Notes: generated by a model not told the origin, from the letters alone. DNA of 48,768 nt from an uncultured Eubacteriales bacterium (GCA_964643285.1 CAZXSP010000001.1:1-48768), one strand, 5' to 3'. Counted from the first letter of the stretch, positions 1 through 9,191 are shown. A program made the numbers and translations.

Positions 1-1090
1 TTTTGGCCTCTCTTTGGGCGGCCAAGGTGTCGGCAGTTTCTCCCGATTGACTTACCGCGATGCACAAGGTGTTCTCGGGCACAATCGGGTTACCGTACCG
101 AAACTCCGAAGCCAAAACCACTTCTGTGGGTATACCTGCCAACTGTTCCAGAAGAAACTTGCCAACCAAACCGGCATGATACGCGGTACCGCAAGCGACC
201 ACGAATATTTTCTGCAATCGCTTAATCTCATGGTCGTCAAGCCCAAGTTCTCCCCCTTGGAGGGTAACCCCAAGCCCTTGCACTCTTCCGGTGAGAAGTC
301 TGGAAAAAGCCTCGGGCTGTTCGTGAATTTCCTTCAGCATGAAATGGTCGAAACCGTTCTTTTCCACTTCTTCGACTCTTAACTGGACTATTTCCGGTTC
401 CCGATTGACAATATTCCCGTCCTGATCGTATAAAGTGAGCCCTTCTTTTCTTACCACCGCATATTCACCGTCCAAGAGTGATAACACTTTTGTGGTGTAT
501 GGCAAAACAGCGGGGATGTCTGACGCAATGAAATTCTCGTTATCGCCAACCCCAATTATTAAAGGGTTTTTTGAGCGGTAAACCACAATTTTGCCGGGTT
601 CCTTGGCGTGCATGATAAGCAGCGCCATGGAACCTTGAAGGACGGGCACGGATTTCATGACCGCTTCCAACAAGTCTCCTTGATAATTATCCTCAATCAG
701 GTGAGCCACTACTTCAGTATCAGTCTCCGACCTAAAATGGTGGCCCCTTTTTAGCAGCATTTGTTTTAACTCTTTGTGGTTTTCTATGATACCGTTGTGA
801 ACCAAAACTATTTCCCCGGTACAGTCCGAATGCGGGTGGGCATTGGCATCGCTTGGCACACCATGAGTCGCCCAACGGCTGTGCCCAATTCCTGCAGCAG
901 CAAAAGGCATTTGTTCCAACCTTGGAGCCAGATCAGCCATGCGCCCTTTGGCTTTAACGGTACTAACCCCGGAATCGTTTAGTACTGAGATACCTACCGA
1001 ATCGTACCCTCTATATTCAAGCCTGATAAGAGAGTCCCGCAGTATTTGACTGGCCTTCTTTTCTCCGACATAACCGACAATACCGCACAT
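1..1090 (-). CDS. glmS: glutamine--fructose-6-phosphate aminotransferase GlmS, N-terminal ~363 codons (3' end beyond left window edge)
   Basis: The minus-strand frame is open from the window edge to the ATG at 1090. Translation starts MCGIVGYVGEKKASQILRDSLIRLEYRGYDSVG (class-II amidotransferase N-terminal Cys). Near position 1 it reads AVSQSGETADTLAA (SIS motif), in frame with 1090. It is absent from the ORF track because no stop lies in the window. Confidence 0.95.
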   Translation of the reverse strand, partial: MCGIVGYVGEKKASQILRDSLIRLEYRGYDSVGISVLNDSGVSTVKAKGRMADLAPRLEQMPFAAAGIGHSRWATHGVPSDANAHPHSDCTGEIVLVHNGIIENHKELKQMLLKRGHHFRSETDTEVVAHLIEDNYQGDLLEAVMKSVPVLQGSMALLIMHAKEPGKIVVYRSKNPLIIGVGDNENFIASDIPAVLPYTTKVLSLLDGEYAVVRKEGLTLYDQDGNIVNREPEIVQLRVEEVEKNGFDHFMLKEIHEQPEAFSRLLTGRVQGLGVTLQGGELGLDDHEIKRLQKIFVVACGTAYHAGLVGKFLLEQLAGIPTEVVLASEFRYGNPIVPENTLCIAVSQSGETADTLAAQREAK

Positions 1091-1169
1091 AACGATGTCA
1101 CTCCTCTAAAATGGCATTTACGGGGTGTGGTACTTTTAGGCAGCAAAGCCAAAAGTGCTTGCGGCAATC

Positions 1170-1312
1170 ACCTGGCCATATTGTTTTCCGGTCGCCCGGA
1201 GTTTTTGACGGCCTTTGTCGGTCGTGACCAACCGTGGGGCATCCGCCGAATCCTTCGATAAACCCCATCCTCGTCAACTTTCCCAAGTAAAAAACGGAAA
1301 GTCCCGGCGCTT
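1170..1312 (-). ncRNA. glmS ribozyme (GlcN6P-dependent self-cleaving riboswitch) in the glmM-glmS spacer
   Basis: Minus-strand RNA reads A/GCGCC GGGACUUUCC-loop-GGGAAAGUU GACGAGGAUGGGGUUUAUCGAAGGAUUCGGCGGAUGCCCCACGGUUG ... GGCCGU..CCGG-GCGA-CCGG..AUGGCC. This matches the conserved cleavage site (AGCGCC), the P1 hairpin, the GACGAGGA..UAUCGAA..UUCGGCGGAUGCC core, and a P4/P4.1 with a GNRA-like loop. It lies immediately 5' of glmS. Confidence 0.85.
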
Positions 1313-1321
1313 AACTTACTC

Positions 1322-1350
1322 CCTATAGCCTACACCCAAAAAGTTTTCAA
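1322..1350 (-). promoter_or_regulatory. candidate sigma-A promoter in front of the glmS ribozyme (TTGAAA-17-TATAGG)
   Basis: On the minus strand, TTGAAA is at 1350-1345, followed by a 17-nt spacer and TATAGG at 1327-1322. The predicted start would lie only a few nt 5' of the ribozyme cleavage site. Confidence 0.3.
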
Positions 1351-1356
1351 CAAGCT

Positions 1357-2694
1357 CTAGCCTTTGACTCTTCTCTCCACCACCTCTTTCAAATATTCTA
1401 TGCACGAAACCGTCAAAGTTTCATCTTCAGATTCTACCATTATCCTTACCAAGGGTTCCGTGCCGGAAGCCCTGACCAAAACCCTGCCTTTTCCCTCCAA
1501 TCGCTTTTGGACCTTCCCCACGGCCCTGGCTACTTCTTCGTCTTCCAGCGCTTTTTTGGGGTTTTCTGTCCTGACGTTCACCAAAATTTGCGGCAAATCT
1601 ACAATTGCGCTTCTCAGGTCGGACATGGAATAACCGGAGTCAGCCATAAGCCTGGCTAATAAGATGGACGTCAAAATTCCGTCCCCGGTTTCAAGAACAT
1701 CCCTAAAAATCAGGTGCCCTGATTGTTCGCCGCCTAAATTGTACCCGCCCTGACGCATGGTTTCCAAAACAAACCTGTCGCCAACCTGGGTCCTGAGTAA
1801 CTTAATTCCAAGGCTTGCCAAAAATATTTCGAGCCCGAAATTCGACATCACTGTTCCCACAACCGTGTTTTCCCTGAGAGAGCCATTGGACGCCATGTCC
1901 TGAGCCGCGACTCCCATCATATGATCACCGTTCATTTCGCGCCCTGTTTCATCCACTGTCATACAACGATCACCGTCGCCATCGTACGCGAAACCGACAG
2001 CACTGCCCGAGTTCTTGACCGCTTCCGTCAAAGAGCCAAGATGTGTCGATCCACAGTTCAGATTGATGTTATCCCCGTCCGGAGAGCAATTAATGACCGT
2101 AACGTTTGCCCCAAGACCGCTCCATACTCGGTGAGCCAAAAAGGAGGACGCCCCGTTGGCGGAGTCAACTGTAACCGACAGGCCGCGAAGACTTTTACCC
2201 CCGAGAGAAACCAAAAAATCGATATAAGTATCCACAAAGTGTTCACCGGCCAAAACCCGTCCGATATTTTTTCCAACGGGAAAACAGGCGTCGTTGGCGT
2301 CGTGGGTTTTCAAAATAAAGCGGGACAGCGCGTCTTCAACCTCATCGGCTACCTTAGTTCCTTCAGGCCCAAACACCTTGAGCCCGTTATACTGCGCGGG
2401 GTTGTGAGAGGCGGAAATCATAACCCCCCCGCCCAATCCGGCGTGACTTATGGAGTAAGACAAGCCCGGGGTCGTAACTACGCCTAATCTCACTGCGTCT
2501 CCCCCGGCAGACGTTATGCCGGCAACAAGACAGGCTTCCAGCATGTCCCCTGAAGCCCTTGTATCTTTGCCTAAAGCGAAACGTGTGCCCGGTCCAAACA
2601 TGACGCCCAAAGCCCTACCCAACTTGTACGCAGTGCCGCAGGTGAGATCTGCGTTGGCCACGCCGCGAATGCCGTCAGTCCCAAAAAGGTTCAT
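1357..2694 (-). CDS. glmM: phosphoglucosamine mutase
   Basis: 445 aa. Starts MNLFGTDGIRGVAN, has the active-site SASHNP motif, and sits in the conserved cdaA-cdaR-glmM-glmS order. Confidence 0.95.
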   Translation of the reverse strand: MNLFGTDGIRGVANADLTCGTAYKLGRALGVMFGPGTRFALGKDTRASGDMLEACLVAGITSAGGDAVRLGVVTTPGLSYSISHAGLGGGVMISASHNPAQYNGLKVFGPEGTKVADEVEDALSRFILKTHDANDACFPVGKNIGRVLAGEHFVDTYIDFLVSLGGKSLRGLSVTVDSANGASSFLAHRVWSGLGANVTVINCSPDGDNINLNCGSTHLGSLTEAVKNSGSAVGFAYDGDGDRCMTVDETGREMNGDHMMGVAAQDMASNGSLRENTVVGTVMSNFGLEIFLASLGIKLLRTQVGDRFVLETMRQGGYNLGGEQSGHLIFRDVLETGDGILTSILLARLMADSGYSMSDLRSAIVDLPQILVNVRTENPKKALEDEEVARAVGKVQKRLEGKGRVLVRASGTEPLVRIMVESEDETLTVSCIEYLKEVVERRVKG

Positions 2695-2710
2695 GTTGGA
2701 CCCCCGAATC

Positions 2711-3922
2711 CTATCTTTTGGTGAATGTTACCGTAACGGAGCTTGGCGTAATCTCGTCAAGCGCCAGCTTATTACTAAAATGATCTGCGAATACGACCCC
2801 TACCGGCAATCTGTGAGAACCTTCTTCTTTGCCTTCAGTGTCAATATATGCTTGAATGTCCATTTCGCCGATGTCCACAAGAATATCGCTGCGCCCGCTT
2901 ACAAGCACGGTCACTTCACGGGGCGAGATATCCCATGTGTAGCCGGGCGGGGCGTTGTGCGGTATCACCAAGCGTTTGAAAGAACGTTCAACAACATCCT
3001 CTACAACCCTTACATAGACGCTTACTTGCGTCGTCTGGATATACGCGAGACCCGAGGGCACTTCCAACTCTACTGTGGCGGTAAAAGAAGCGTCTTTGTC
3101 GGTAACATCCACAGAACGCGCCACAATAGAATTGATGGCTTCTATTACTTGGGGCTCACCCCTCAGTTTTACCGTAGAAGGTGTAACAGTCACGCCATCC
3201 AGCCTGTACCCGGTTTTGGGAGAACCAACGGTACGGGTCACCACATTGACACTTTTGGCAGGGGGCCGTTGGGTAAACGGCACCGTCACATCACAGCTAG
3301 ACGGTTCTATAACCACGCCGTCCACATCGTTTCCCGCCGCGTCAATGGCTGATAGAGCCACCGCCGATTGAACTTTTGACGTGGCCCCGCCGATGTCCAC
3401 TACGCCCACGACATAGGCGACCTTGTCCACACGATTCCCGGGCCCTGTCACACTTACAGATTCGGGGAGAAATTCGGGTTTGCCCGCTTCGAACTCTTCA
3501 TTAGGGGTGCCAACGGGACGAATACTCACCCCAATCTCCTTAGAACGCACACTGTCCAGTTCGATAGTGGCCATGACCGGGTTAACATCCAATACCTTTA
3601 AACCGCTTACGGGCGGGTCAACAGTGATGGGAACCTGCACCATATCCCCTATAGGCACGCCCGAAAGATCGGGTTCAATTTTCATCTGCCTGGAATCGAC
3701 ACGCGAAAGGGCGCTGGCCCTTCCCTGAAGGGTAACGGCAATTTTGGGGGGACTGGCGCTGACCACCACCACATCAGCCGGCGGGTTCATAACCAAATCG
3801 AAATTGACTATCCGTGTTTCGATCGGATTTTTGTCGCTTGCAACCTGAAACCACATAATGAGCGCCAAAATAAGGGCAGCCCATTTGGCAACCATGTCTT
3901 TAGATAGCGCCTTCTCAATCAA
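2711..3922 (-). CDS. cdaR: CdaA regulatory protein CdaR (YbbR-domain repeat protein)
   Basis: 403 aa with an N-terminal TM helix followed by repeated beta-rich YbbR-like modules. Its start has a 4-nt overlap with the cdaA stop. The position between cdaA and glmM matches Bacillus. Confidence 0.85.
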   Translation of the reverse strand: MIEKALSKDMVAKWAALILALIMWFQVASDKNPIETRIVNFDLVMNPPADVVVVSASPPKIAVTLQGRASALSRVDSRQMKIEPDLSGVPIGDMVQVPITVDPPVSGLKVLDVNPVMATIELDSVRSKEIGVSIRPVGTPNEEFEAGKPEFLPESVSVTGPGNRVDKVAYVVGVVDIGGATSKVQSAVALSAIDAAGNDVDGVVIEPSSCDVTVPFTQRPPAKSVNVVTRTVGSPKTGYRLDGVTVTPSTVKLRGEPQVIEAINSIVARSVDVTDKDASFTATVELEVPSGLAYIQTTQVSVYVRVVEDVVERSFKRLVIPHNAPPGYTWDISPREVTVLVSGRSDILVDIGEMDIQAYIDTEGKEEGSHRLPVGVVFADHFSNKLALDEITPSSVTVTFTKR

Positions 3923-4737
3923 CGGGAAGACCCCCGGCCCAAAAGATTGTATGGAAGACTAAGATGAGCGTCTAAGAGCTCAGTCAGTTTTTCTTTCAGC
4001 GTGTCAGGGTCAAGCCCCCGAAACAACCTGCCGCCCACGGACAAAGATATGGTCCCTGTTTCCTCGGAAACCACAACAGAGACTGCGTCTGAAATCTGGG
4101 TTATCCCCAATGCCGCTCTATGCCTTGAACCGAGTTCCACGGCGACAGCTTCTTCAGGCGGAGGCAAAAAACACGCGGCGGCGGCAATTCTTTCGCCCCT
4201 TATAACTACCGCGCCATCGTGGAGCGGTGTATTTTTGACGAATATATTCTGCAAAAGTTCCGAGGTTACCATGGCATCAACGGGGATTCCATCGTCGGTG
4301 TACTCGCGAAGCCCGGCTTCTCTTGTGATGACCACAAGCGCCCCGACCCTTTCCGGGGACATGGCGGCGACAGCTTTAACCACTTCTCTTACTACATCTT
4401 CTGAAGTCTGGGTTGCGCCCAAAGCCGAACGGGTGAAAAGGCTTCCACGCCCAAGCTGCTCCAGTGCCCGCCTAATCTCGGTATAGAACACAATGGGCAA
4501 CGCAACCACTAGCATGGTCCTCACTTGTACCAACAGAAAATTGATGGTATACAGGTGCAGCCAATCAGTAATTGACACCAAAACCAAAAGAACGGCGATA
4601 CCTTTTAAAAGCTGTACCGCCCTGGTACCCCTGATAAGTACAAACATGCGGTAGAAAAGATATGCAACGATGGCAATATCCACTACCGCCAGAAGCACTT
4701 CGGGCCAACTTGAAAAATGCCAAAGGTTTATAGGCAA
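3919..4737 (-). CDS. cdaA: diadenylate cyclase CdaA (c-di-AMP synthase)
   Basis: 272 aa with three N-terminal TM helices and a DAC domain. Motifs include LHDGAVVI and SRHRAALGIT...VVVSEETG. Uses a TTG start. Confidence 0.92.
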   Translation of the reverse strand: MPINLWHFSSWPEVLLAVVDIAIVAYLFYRMFVLIRGTRAVQLLKGIAVLLVLVSITDWLHLYTINFLLVQVRTMLVVALPIVFYTEIRRALEQLGRGSLFTRSALGATQTSEDVVREVVKAVAAMSPERVGALVVITREAGLREYTDDGIPVDAMVTSELLQNIFVKNTPLHDGAVVIRGERIAAAACFLPPPEEAVAVELGSRHRAALGITQISDAVSVVVSEETGTISLSVGGRLFRGLDPDTLKEKLTELLDAHLSLPYNLLGRGSSR

Positions 4738-4906
4738 ACCTTACATACGCCCTTTCATACACCTATAGAATACCATTCGCTCAGTTATACAGGAAACCTT
4801 CCTTAGAAATTTGTAACTCTATGGAAGCTCCATGCATAAAGCGTCAATTTCTATTACAATAGGTACCAAAGATGAGTCTTAACAGATACGCTGTGGAGGG
4901 TTTCAG

Positions 4907-5464
4907 ATGGCTACATATTTCTCCGAAAAGGGCCGTAACAACACAGAAGAAACCGTCAGGCTGGTTTTAAAAAGAGCCGAAGAATTGGGCATTGACCATA
5001 TTGTTATAGCGTCAAATACCGGGTTTTCGGTGCGGCCTTTCTTGGGACACGGCCGAAAACTCGTGTGTGTAACTCATCACGTCGGTTTCAGAGAGCCGGG
5101 CCACGACGAAATGGGCGCCGCGGTTAGACAAGAGCTAAAGGAAAAAGGCGTGGAGATTTTAACAACAACCCATCTTTTTGGAAACATCGAAAGGGCAGTT
5201 ACAGGCCGTCAAGGCGGTTTGTATACCGGCGGCATTGTTTCGGAAACTTTGCGGCTATTTTCTCAAGGCGTTAAAGTAGCTGTAGAGATAGCTGTCATGG
5301 CTCTGGACGCCGGGCTTATTCCCTATGGAAAACCGGTTATATCCGTTGGGGGAACCTCAAGCGGCGCGGATGCTGCCATTGTGATAAAACCTTCTCACGC
5401 GAAAACCTTTTTTGACACAGAAGTACAGGAACTTCTCTGCAAGCCAAGGTGTCCCAAAGGGTAG
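4907..5464 (+). CDS. stand-alone pyruvate kinase alpha/beta (C-terminal) domain-like protein
   Basis: 185 aa with GGAGGG 7-8 nt upstream of the ATG. The pattern (TEETVRLVLKRAEELGIDHIVIASNTG ... ISVGGTSSGADAAIVIKP) resembles small PK_C-like proteins. The call rests on motif memory only. Confidence 0.5.
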   Translation: MATYFSEKGRNNTEETVRLVLKRAEELGIDHIVIASNTGFSVRPFLGHGRKLVCVTHHVGFREPGHDEMGAAVRQELKEKGVEILTTTHLFGNIERAVTGRQGGLYTGGIVSETLRLFSQGVKVAVEIAVMALDAGLIPYGKPVISVGGTSSGADAAIVIKPSHAKTFFDTEVQELLCKPRCPKG

Positions 5465-5502
5465 ATTACTGTAGAACACATTAAAACCTGAAAGGAACGG
5501 TG

Positions 5503-6330
5503 ATGCGCGTGGAGAATATCCCCGGAGCCCAAAATGGCCTGGCCGATTTGGCAGGATTTGACGTTTCCTTGTCCGACGATGGATTGCTTCAGTTCGGTCC
5601 CGGCACTGTGCGCCGAAAGCCCGATGAAAGGCTACTGTCGGACATGTCGTCTGTGCTTTTGTACCCTCGCGAAACCGGGCCCGATGTTTTATACCGCATG
5701 TACCGCGGGTTAGGGCGAGTGGAAGACCAAGCCTCCATAGACGCAGACGGCATACGCTACGATATTACCGTGATATATCCGGGTGTAATAGGCTCAGAGT
5801 TTGTAAAAACTGTGGGTCACTATCACCCGCGAGTTCCCGGACAACCTTGGACTTATCCCGAAGTGTATCAAGTCCTTTCGGGCGAAGCCCATTTCCTCAT
5901 GCAACGCGGCGGGGAAATCACAGGAGAAATAGAGGATTTCGCTGTAGCAGATTTTAAAGCGGGTGACATCTTGGTTATCCCGCCTTTTTATGGGCATGTG
6001 ACCGTAAACCCCAAAGATGAGCCTTTGGTGATGGCCAATTGGATCGCTAACGATTTCAGCTCGGTATACGAACCCATCAAACGCCGCAAGGGAGTAGCCT
6101 ACTATGATGTGGAGCATAAAGGCCAAACCATATTTATGCCAAACGATAGCTACACATCTCACCCTAAACCCCGGCTTATTGAGGCAGGTGACATACCGGA
6201 ACTGGGTTTGCGAAGGGGTCACAGCATTTACAAGTCATGGCAATCAGGCACGAACTTCGATTTTTTGCGAAAGCCCGCACGTTACAAAGCCTATTGGGAG
6301 GCGCAGGGCATCATGCCCGGCGACCTTTAG
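5503..6330 (+). CDS. cupin-type glucose-6-phosphate isomerase (cPGI family) with ~90-aa N-terminal extension
   Basis: Metal-binding cupin motifs match the archaeal-type PGI: TVGHYHP...PEVYQVLSGEAHFLMQ and GDILVIPPFYGHVTVNP (compare Pyrococcus TKGH.H...EVY and PPYWAHRTVN). The ATG at 5503 has AAGGA 6 nt upstream; the ORF track starts at the GTG at 5500. Confidence 0.75.
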   Translation: MRVENIPGAQNGLADLAGFDVSLSDDGLLQFGPGTVRRKPDERLLSDMSSVLLYPRETGPDVLYRMYRGLGRVEDQASIDADGIRYDITVIYPGVIGSEFVKTVGHYHPRVPGQPWTYPEVYQVLSGEAHFLMQRGGEITGEIEDFAVADFKAGDILVIPPFYGHVTVNPKDEPLVMANWIANDFSSVYEPIKRRKGVAYYDVEHKGQTIFMPNDSYTSHPKPRLIEAGDIPELGLRRGHSIYKSWQSGTNFDFLRKPARYKAYWEAQGIMPGDL

Positions 6331-6356
6331 GAATACCGGAAAGAACGTGACGCCCC

Positions 6357-7244
6357 TTGGATGAAAATGGACACAATATAGTAATCGTAACGGGTCTTTC
6401 CGGGGCGGGAAAATCCCAGGCCCTAAAAACCCTGGAGGATGTTGGCTATTTCTGTGTGGACAACCTCCCCCCTTCTCTCATTCCGACATTCATCGATTTG
6501 TACTGCCAAGTGAAGAAACAAGCTGTCCAAATTGCCATTGTGGTTGATATCCGGGGCGGAGAGTTCTTCATGGATTTAGCTGACGCCATAAAAGCCCTCA
6601 TAGACAAAGCGATTCGCCCCACGATTCTGTTTCTCGAAGCAGAAGACGAAGCTCTGGTGCGCCGCTACAAGGAAACCCGCCGACGCCACCCCTTGTCACA
6701 ACAAAGCGGCATCCTTGAGGGAATAAAAGAGGAAAGGCAAATACTGTCCGACCTGAAAACTGCGTCGGATATTATCATTGACACGTCCAATCTCACGCTT
6801 GCCGAATTCAGGCGGCAGCTAATTGAAGTGTTCTCCAAAAGCGTCAAGCCTCAAAAACTGCTTGTAACTGTCATAAGCTTCGGGTTCAAATACGGTTTAC
6901 CCATGGACGCCGATCTGGTGTTCGATGTAAGGTTTCTGCCGAACCCCCATTACGTTAAGGAGCTAAGGCCCTTAACCGGCCTAAACCCAAAAGTGGCAAG
7001 CTATGTCGGGGAATCTTCATTGACTGCAGACTTTATGTCACACTTCCGCAATTTTATAAGTTTTCTTCTGCCAAACTATGTGGAAGAAGGCAAAACCCAT
7101 TTGACTATCGCGGTTGGCTGCACCGGGGGCAAACACCGTTCGGTGGTCGTTAGTCAGCTTATTAAGGCTTATCTCGAGCTGTTGGAACATACAGTGATAA
7201 TCGAGCACAGGGATATAGAAAGAGTTGAATCCGGAGGGCTATGA
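6357..7244 (+). CDS. rapZ: RNase adapter / nucleotide-binding protein RapZ (YvcJ)
   Basis: 295 aa with Walker A IVIVTGLSGAGKS followed by LEDVGYFCVDNLP. C-terminal motif CTGGKHRSV. Sits in the conserved rapZ-yvcK-whiA order. Confidence 0.92.
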   Translation: MDENGHNIVIVTGLSGAGKSQALKTLEDVGYFCVDNLPPSLIPTFIDLYCQVKKQAVQIAIVVDIRGGEFFMDLADAIKALIDKAIRPTILFLEAEDEALVRRYKETRRRHPLSQQSGILEGIKEERQILSDLKTASDIIIDTSNLTLAEFRRQLIEVFSKSVKPQKLLVTVISFGFKYGLPMDADLVFDVRFLPNPHYVKELRPLTGLNPKVASYVGESSLTADFMSHFRNFISFLLPNYVEEGKTHLTIAVGCTGGKHRSVVVSQLIKAYLELLEHTVIIEHRDIERVESGGL

Positions 7245-7245
7245 T

Positions 7246-8229
7246 TTGTCCAATGCGAATTTACGAATCGTAGTTATAGGCGGGGGCACCGGTTTGTCGT
7301 GCATTCTCAGAGGCCTCAAGACTTTCCCCTGCGACATATCGGCAGTGGTTACGGTGGCTGATGACGGGGGAAGTTCGGGAAGGCTGCGCAAAGACATGGG
7401 GATACTGCCCCCGGGCGATATTCGAAACTGCCTTTTAGCATTGGCCGAAGCAGAATCAGACATGACCTCGCTCCTAAACCACAGGTTCAAAAAGGGAGAG
7501 CTTCAAGGCCACAACTTCGGAAACCTTTTCCTCGCGGCAATGACAGAGATGACCGGGGATTTCCAAATTGCCGTCAGAACTATGTCAAAAATACTGGCAG
7601 TTAAGGGCCGGGTTCTGCCTGCTACGCTCCATGACATCACTTTGCTGGCTGAAATGACCGATGGCTCGACGGTATTGGGGGAGTACGCCATACCCGAGGC
7701 GAAAAAGACGATTTCCAAGCTGAAACTGATTCCTCAAGACCCGCCTGCCCTCGAAGAAGCCACAGCCGAGATTGAAAACGCAGATGGGATAATCATCGGC
7801 CCCGGGAGTCTTTACACTTCCATTATTCCCAATTTATTGGTGCCGGGCATAAAACGAGCGATAAACACATCAAAAGCAGCCAAACTTTATGTGTGCAACA
7901 TCATGACTCAACCCGGGGAAACCGACGGCTTCTCGGCCTGCGACCACGTCCGCGTCATACAAGAGCACGCGGGGAAACTGTTTGAACATGTACTGGTCAA
8001 CAGTTCGAGGGCCCCTACAGATATAGGCGACAGGTACGCGACCGAAGGAAGGTTTCAAGTGAAACCTGATGTGAATGCGTTGTCGGCCCGGGGCTACTGT
8101 GTCATAAAGGGCAACCTTCTGACTGCCGGTGATCTGGCCCGACATGATCCCTATCAACTGGCCCATTTTGTTTTCGAGTTCGTGAAATCCCAAAAACTAA
8201 CCCGCGGACAGAAGTCCGCTGTCACCTAA
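7246..8229 (+). CDS. yvcK: YvcK/GlmR family (CofD-like) gluconeogenesis / UDP-GlcNAc-responsive factor
   Basis: Motifs VVIGGGTGLS and VVTVADDGGSSGRLR..LPPGDIRNCL. The preferred start is the TTG at 7246, with GGAGG 7 nt upstream, just after the rapZ stop. The ORF track's longest start is 7225. Confidence 0.9.
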   Translation: MSNANLRIVVIGGGTGLSCILRGLKTFPCDISAVVTVADDGGSSGRLRKDMGILPPGDIRNCLLALAEAESDMTSLLNHRFKKGELQGHNFGNLFLAAMTEMTGDFQIAVRTMSKILAVKGRVLPATLHDITLLAEMTDGSTVLGEYAIPEAKKTISKLKLIPQDPPALEEATAEIENADGIIIGPGSLYTSIIPNLLVPGIKRAINTSKAAKLYVCNIMTQPGETDGFSACDHVRVIQEHAGKLFEHVLVNSSRAPTDIGDRYATEGRFQVKPDVNALSARGYCVIKGNLLTAGDLARHDPYQLAHFVFEFVKSQKLTRGQKSAVT

Positions 8230-8234
8230 AGATT

Positions 8235-9125
8235 ATGGACAAATATTCTTTTTCCAAAACTGTCAAACTTGAACTTGCCAAAGTCGAAATCACGGACAGC
8301 TTTCAAGCATTTTGGGAAGCTTTGGCCTTAAGACGGTTATTGGCGCATGGACACTACTTGTCTTCAGAAACGCAGATTTCTGCGGAGCCTTTTTTGGCAA
8401 GGAGACTTTATTACTTGGGAAAACGAGGCTCGGGTGTGTCCCCTTCTTTGAAAACGCGATTTTTAGGGCCGAAATCGTGGCTTAGACGCGGGAAAGTTAC
8501 CGTTAACACCAGTGTAAAAGACCGTGCGCTTCCGGCCTACGACATTTTGCGCCGAAACGCTTTTTGCCGCAGGGCATACTTGCGGGGATTATTTTTGGCA
8601 AAGGGTTCTGTTTCCTCTCCGAGTAAAGAGCATCATCTTGAAATAGTATTGGCCACAAAGAACGAAGCGCTTTTTGTGCAGTCGCTTCTAAAGCGTGAAG
8701 GACTCAAAAGCGGCGCCATCAGAAGGCGCTCGTTCTACGTTGTTTACATAAAAGGCGGGGATCGAATTTCCGAGTTTTTGAAACTTCTTGGCGCCAGTCA
8801 GTCAGTGTTATACTACGAAAACATCCGAGCCGGTAAATCCCTTAAAAGCTCGGTACAAAGAATCGTCAACATGGACAGGGCAAACGTTTCTCGATCTGTG
8901 GAAGCGTCCTTAAAACAGATGGGCAACATAGAACTCATTGATAAAGAGCAAGGGCTTATGAGGCTGCCGAAAGCTCTTAGGGAACTGGCAAGGCTTAGGA
9001 TGGAGAATCCTGATCTGAGTATGGAGGAACTTGGCAGACTGTTGAACCCGCCTATTTCCAAATCGGCGGTAAACCACAGATTTCGCAGAATCGCAAACAT
9101 AGCTTCAGGTTTGCGCGCCCCATAA
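8235..9125 (+). CDS. whiA: sporulation/cell-division transcription regulator WhiA
   Basis: 296 aa with a degenerate LAGLIDADG-like core (AYLRGLFLAKGS) and a C-terminal HTH (SKSAVNHRFRRI). Its position after yvcK is as expected. Confidence 0.9.
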   Translation: MDKYSFSKTVKLELAKVEITDSFQAFWEALALRRLLAHGHYLSSETQISAEPFLARRLYYLGKRGSGVSPSLKTRFLGPKSWLRRGKVTVNTSVKDRALPAYDILRRNAFCRRAYLRGLFLAKGSVSSPSKEHHLEIVLATKNEALFVQSLLKREGLKSGAIRRRSFYVVYIKGGDRISEFLKLLGASQSVLYYENIRAGKSLKSSVQRIVNMDRANVSRSVEASLKQMGNIELIDKEQGLMRLPKALRELARLRMENPDLSMEELGRLLNPPISKSAVNHRFRRIANIASGLRAP

Positions 9126-9132
9126 AACAATA

Positions 9133-9180
9133 CCGAAAGCGCACGAAAGGTTTTCCCTTACGCGCACTTTCTGCTTTCGG
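9133..9180. terminator. compound GC-rich hairpin between convergent genes (probable bidirectional terminator)
   Basis: Outer arms CCGAAAGC (9133-9140) and GCTTTCGG (9173-9180). Inner arms GCGC..AAGG-TTTT-CC.TT..GCGC. U-rich sequence follows on both strands. Confidence 0.5.
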
Positions 9181-9191
9181 GATGCGCTTAC

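Noticed and set aside
14-982. Several 60-120-aa ORFs on both strands at the left edge (14..382 +, 52..273 -, 776..982 +)
   Set aside because: All overlap the glmS reading frame, which is open from position 1 to 1090 on the minus strand and carries GlmS motifs.
2516-3352. 278-aa plus-strand ORF
   Set aside because: It lies entirely antisense to the well-supported glmM 5' end and cdaR. The translation is Arg/His/Pro-rich with no motifs or RBS, which is typical of a shadow ORF.
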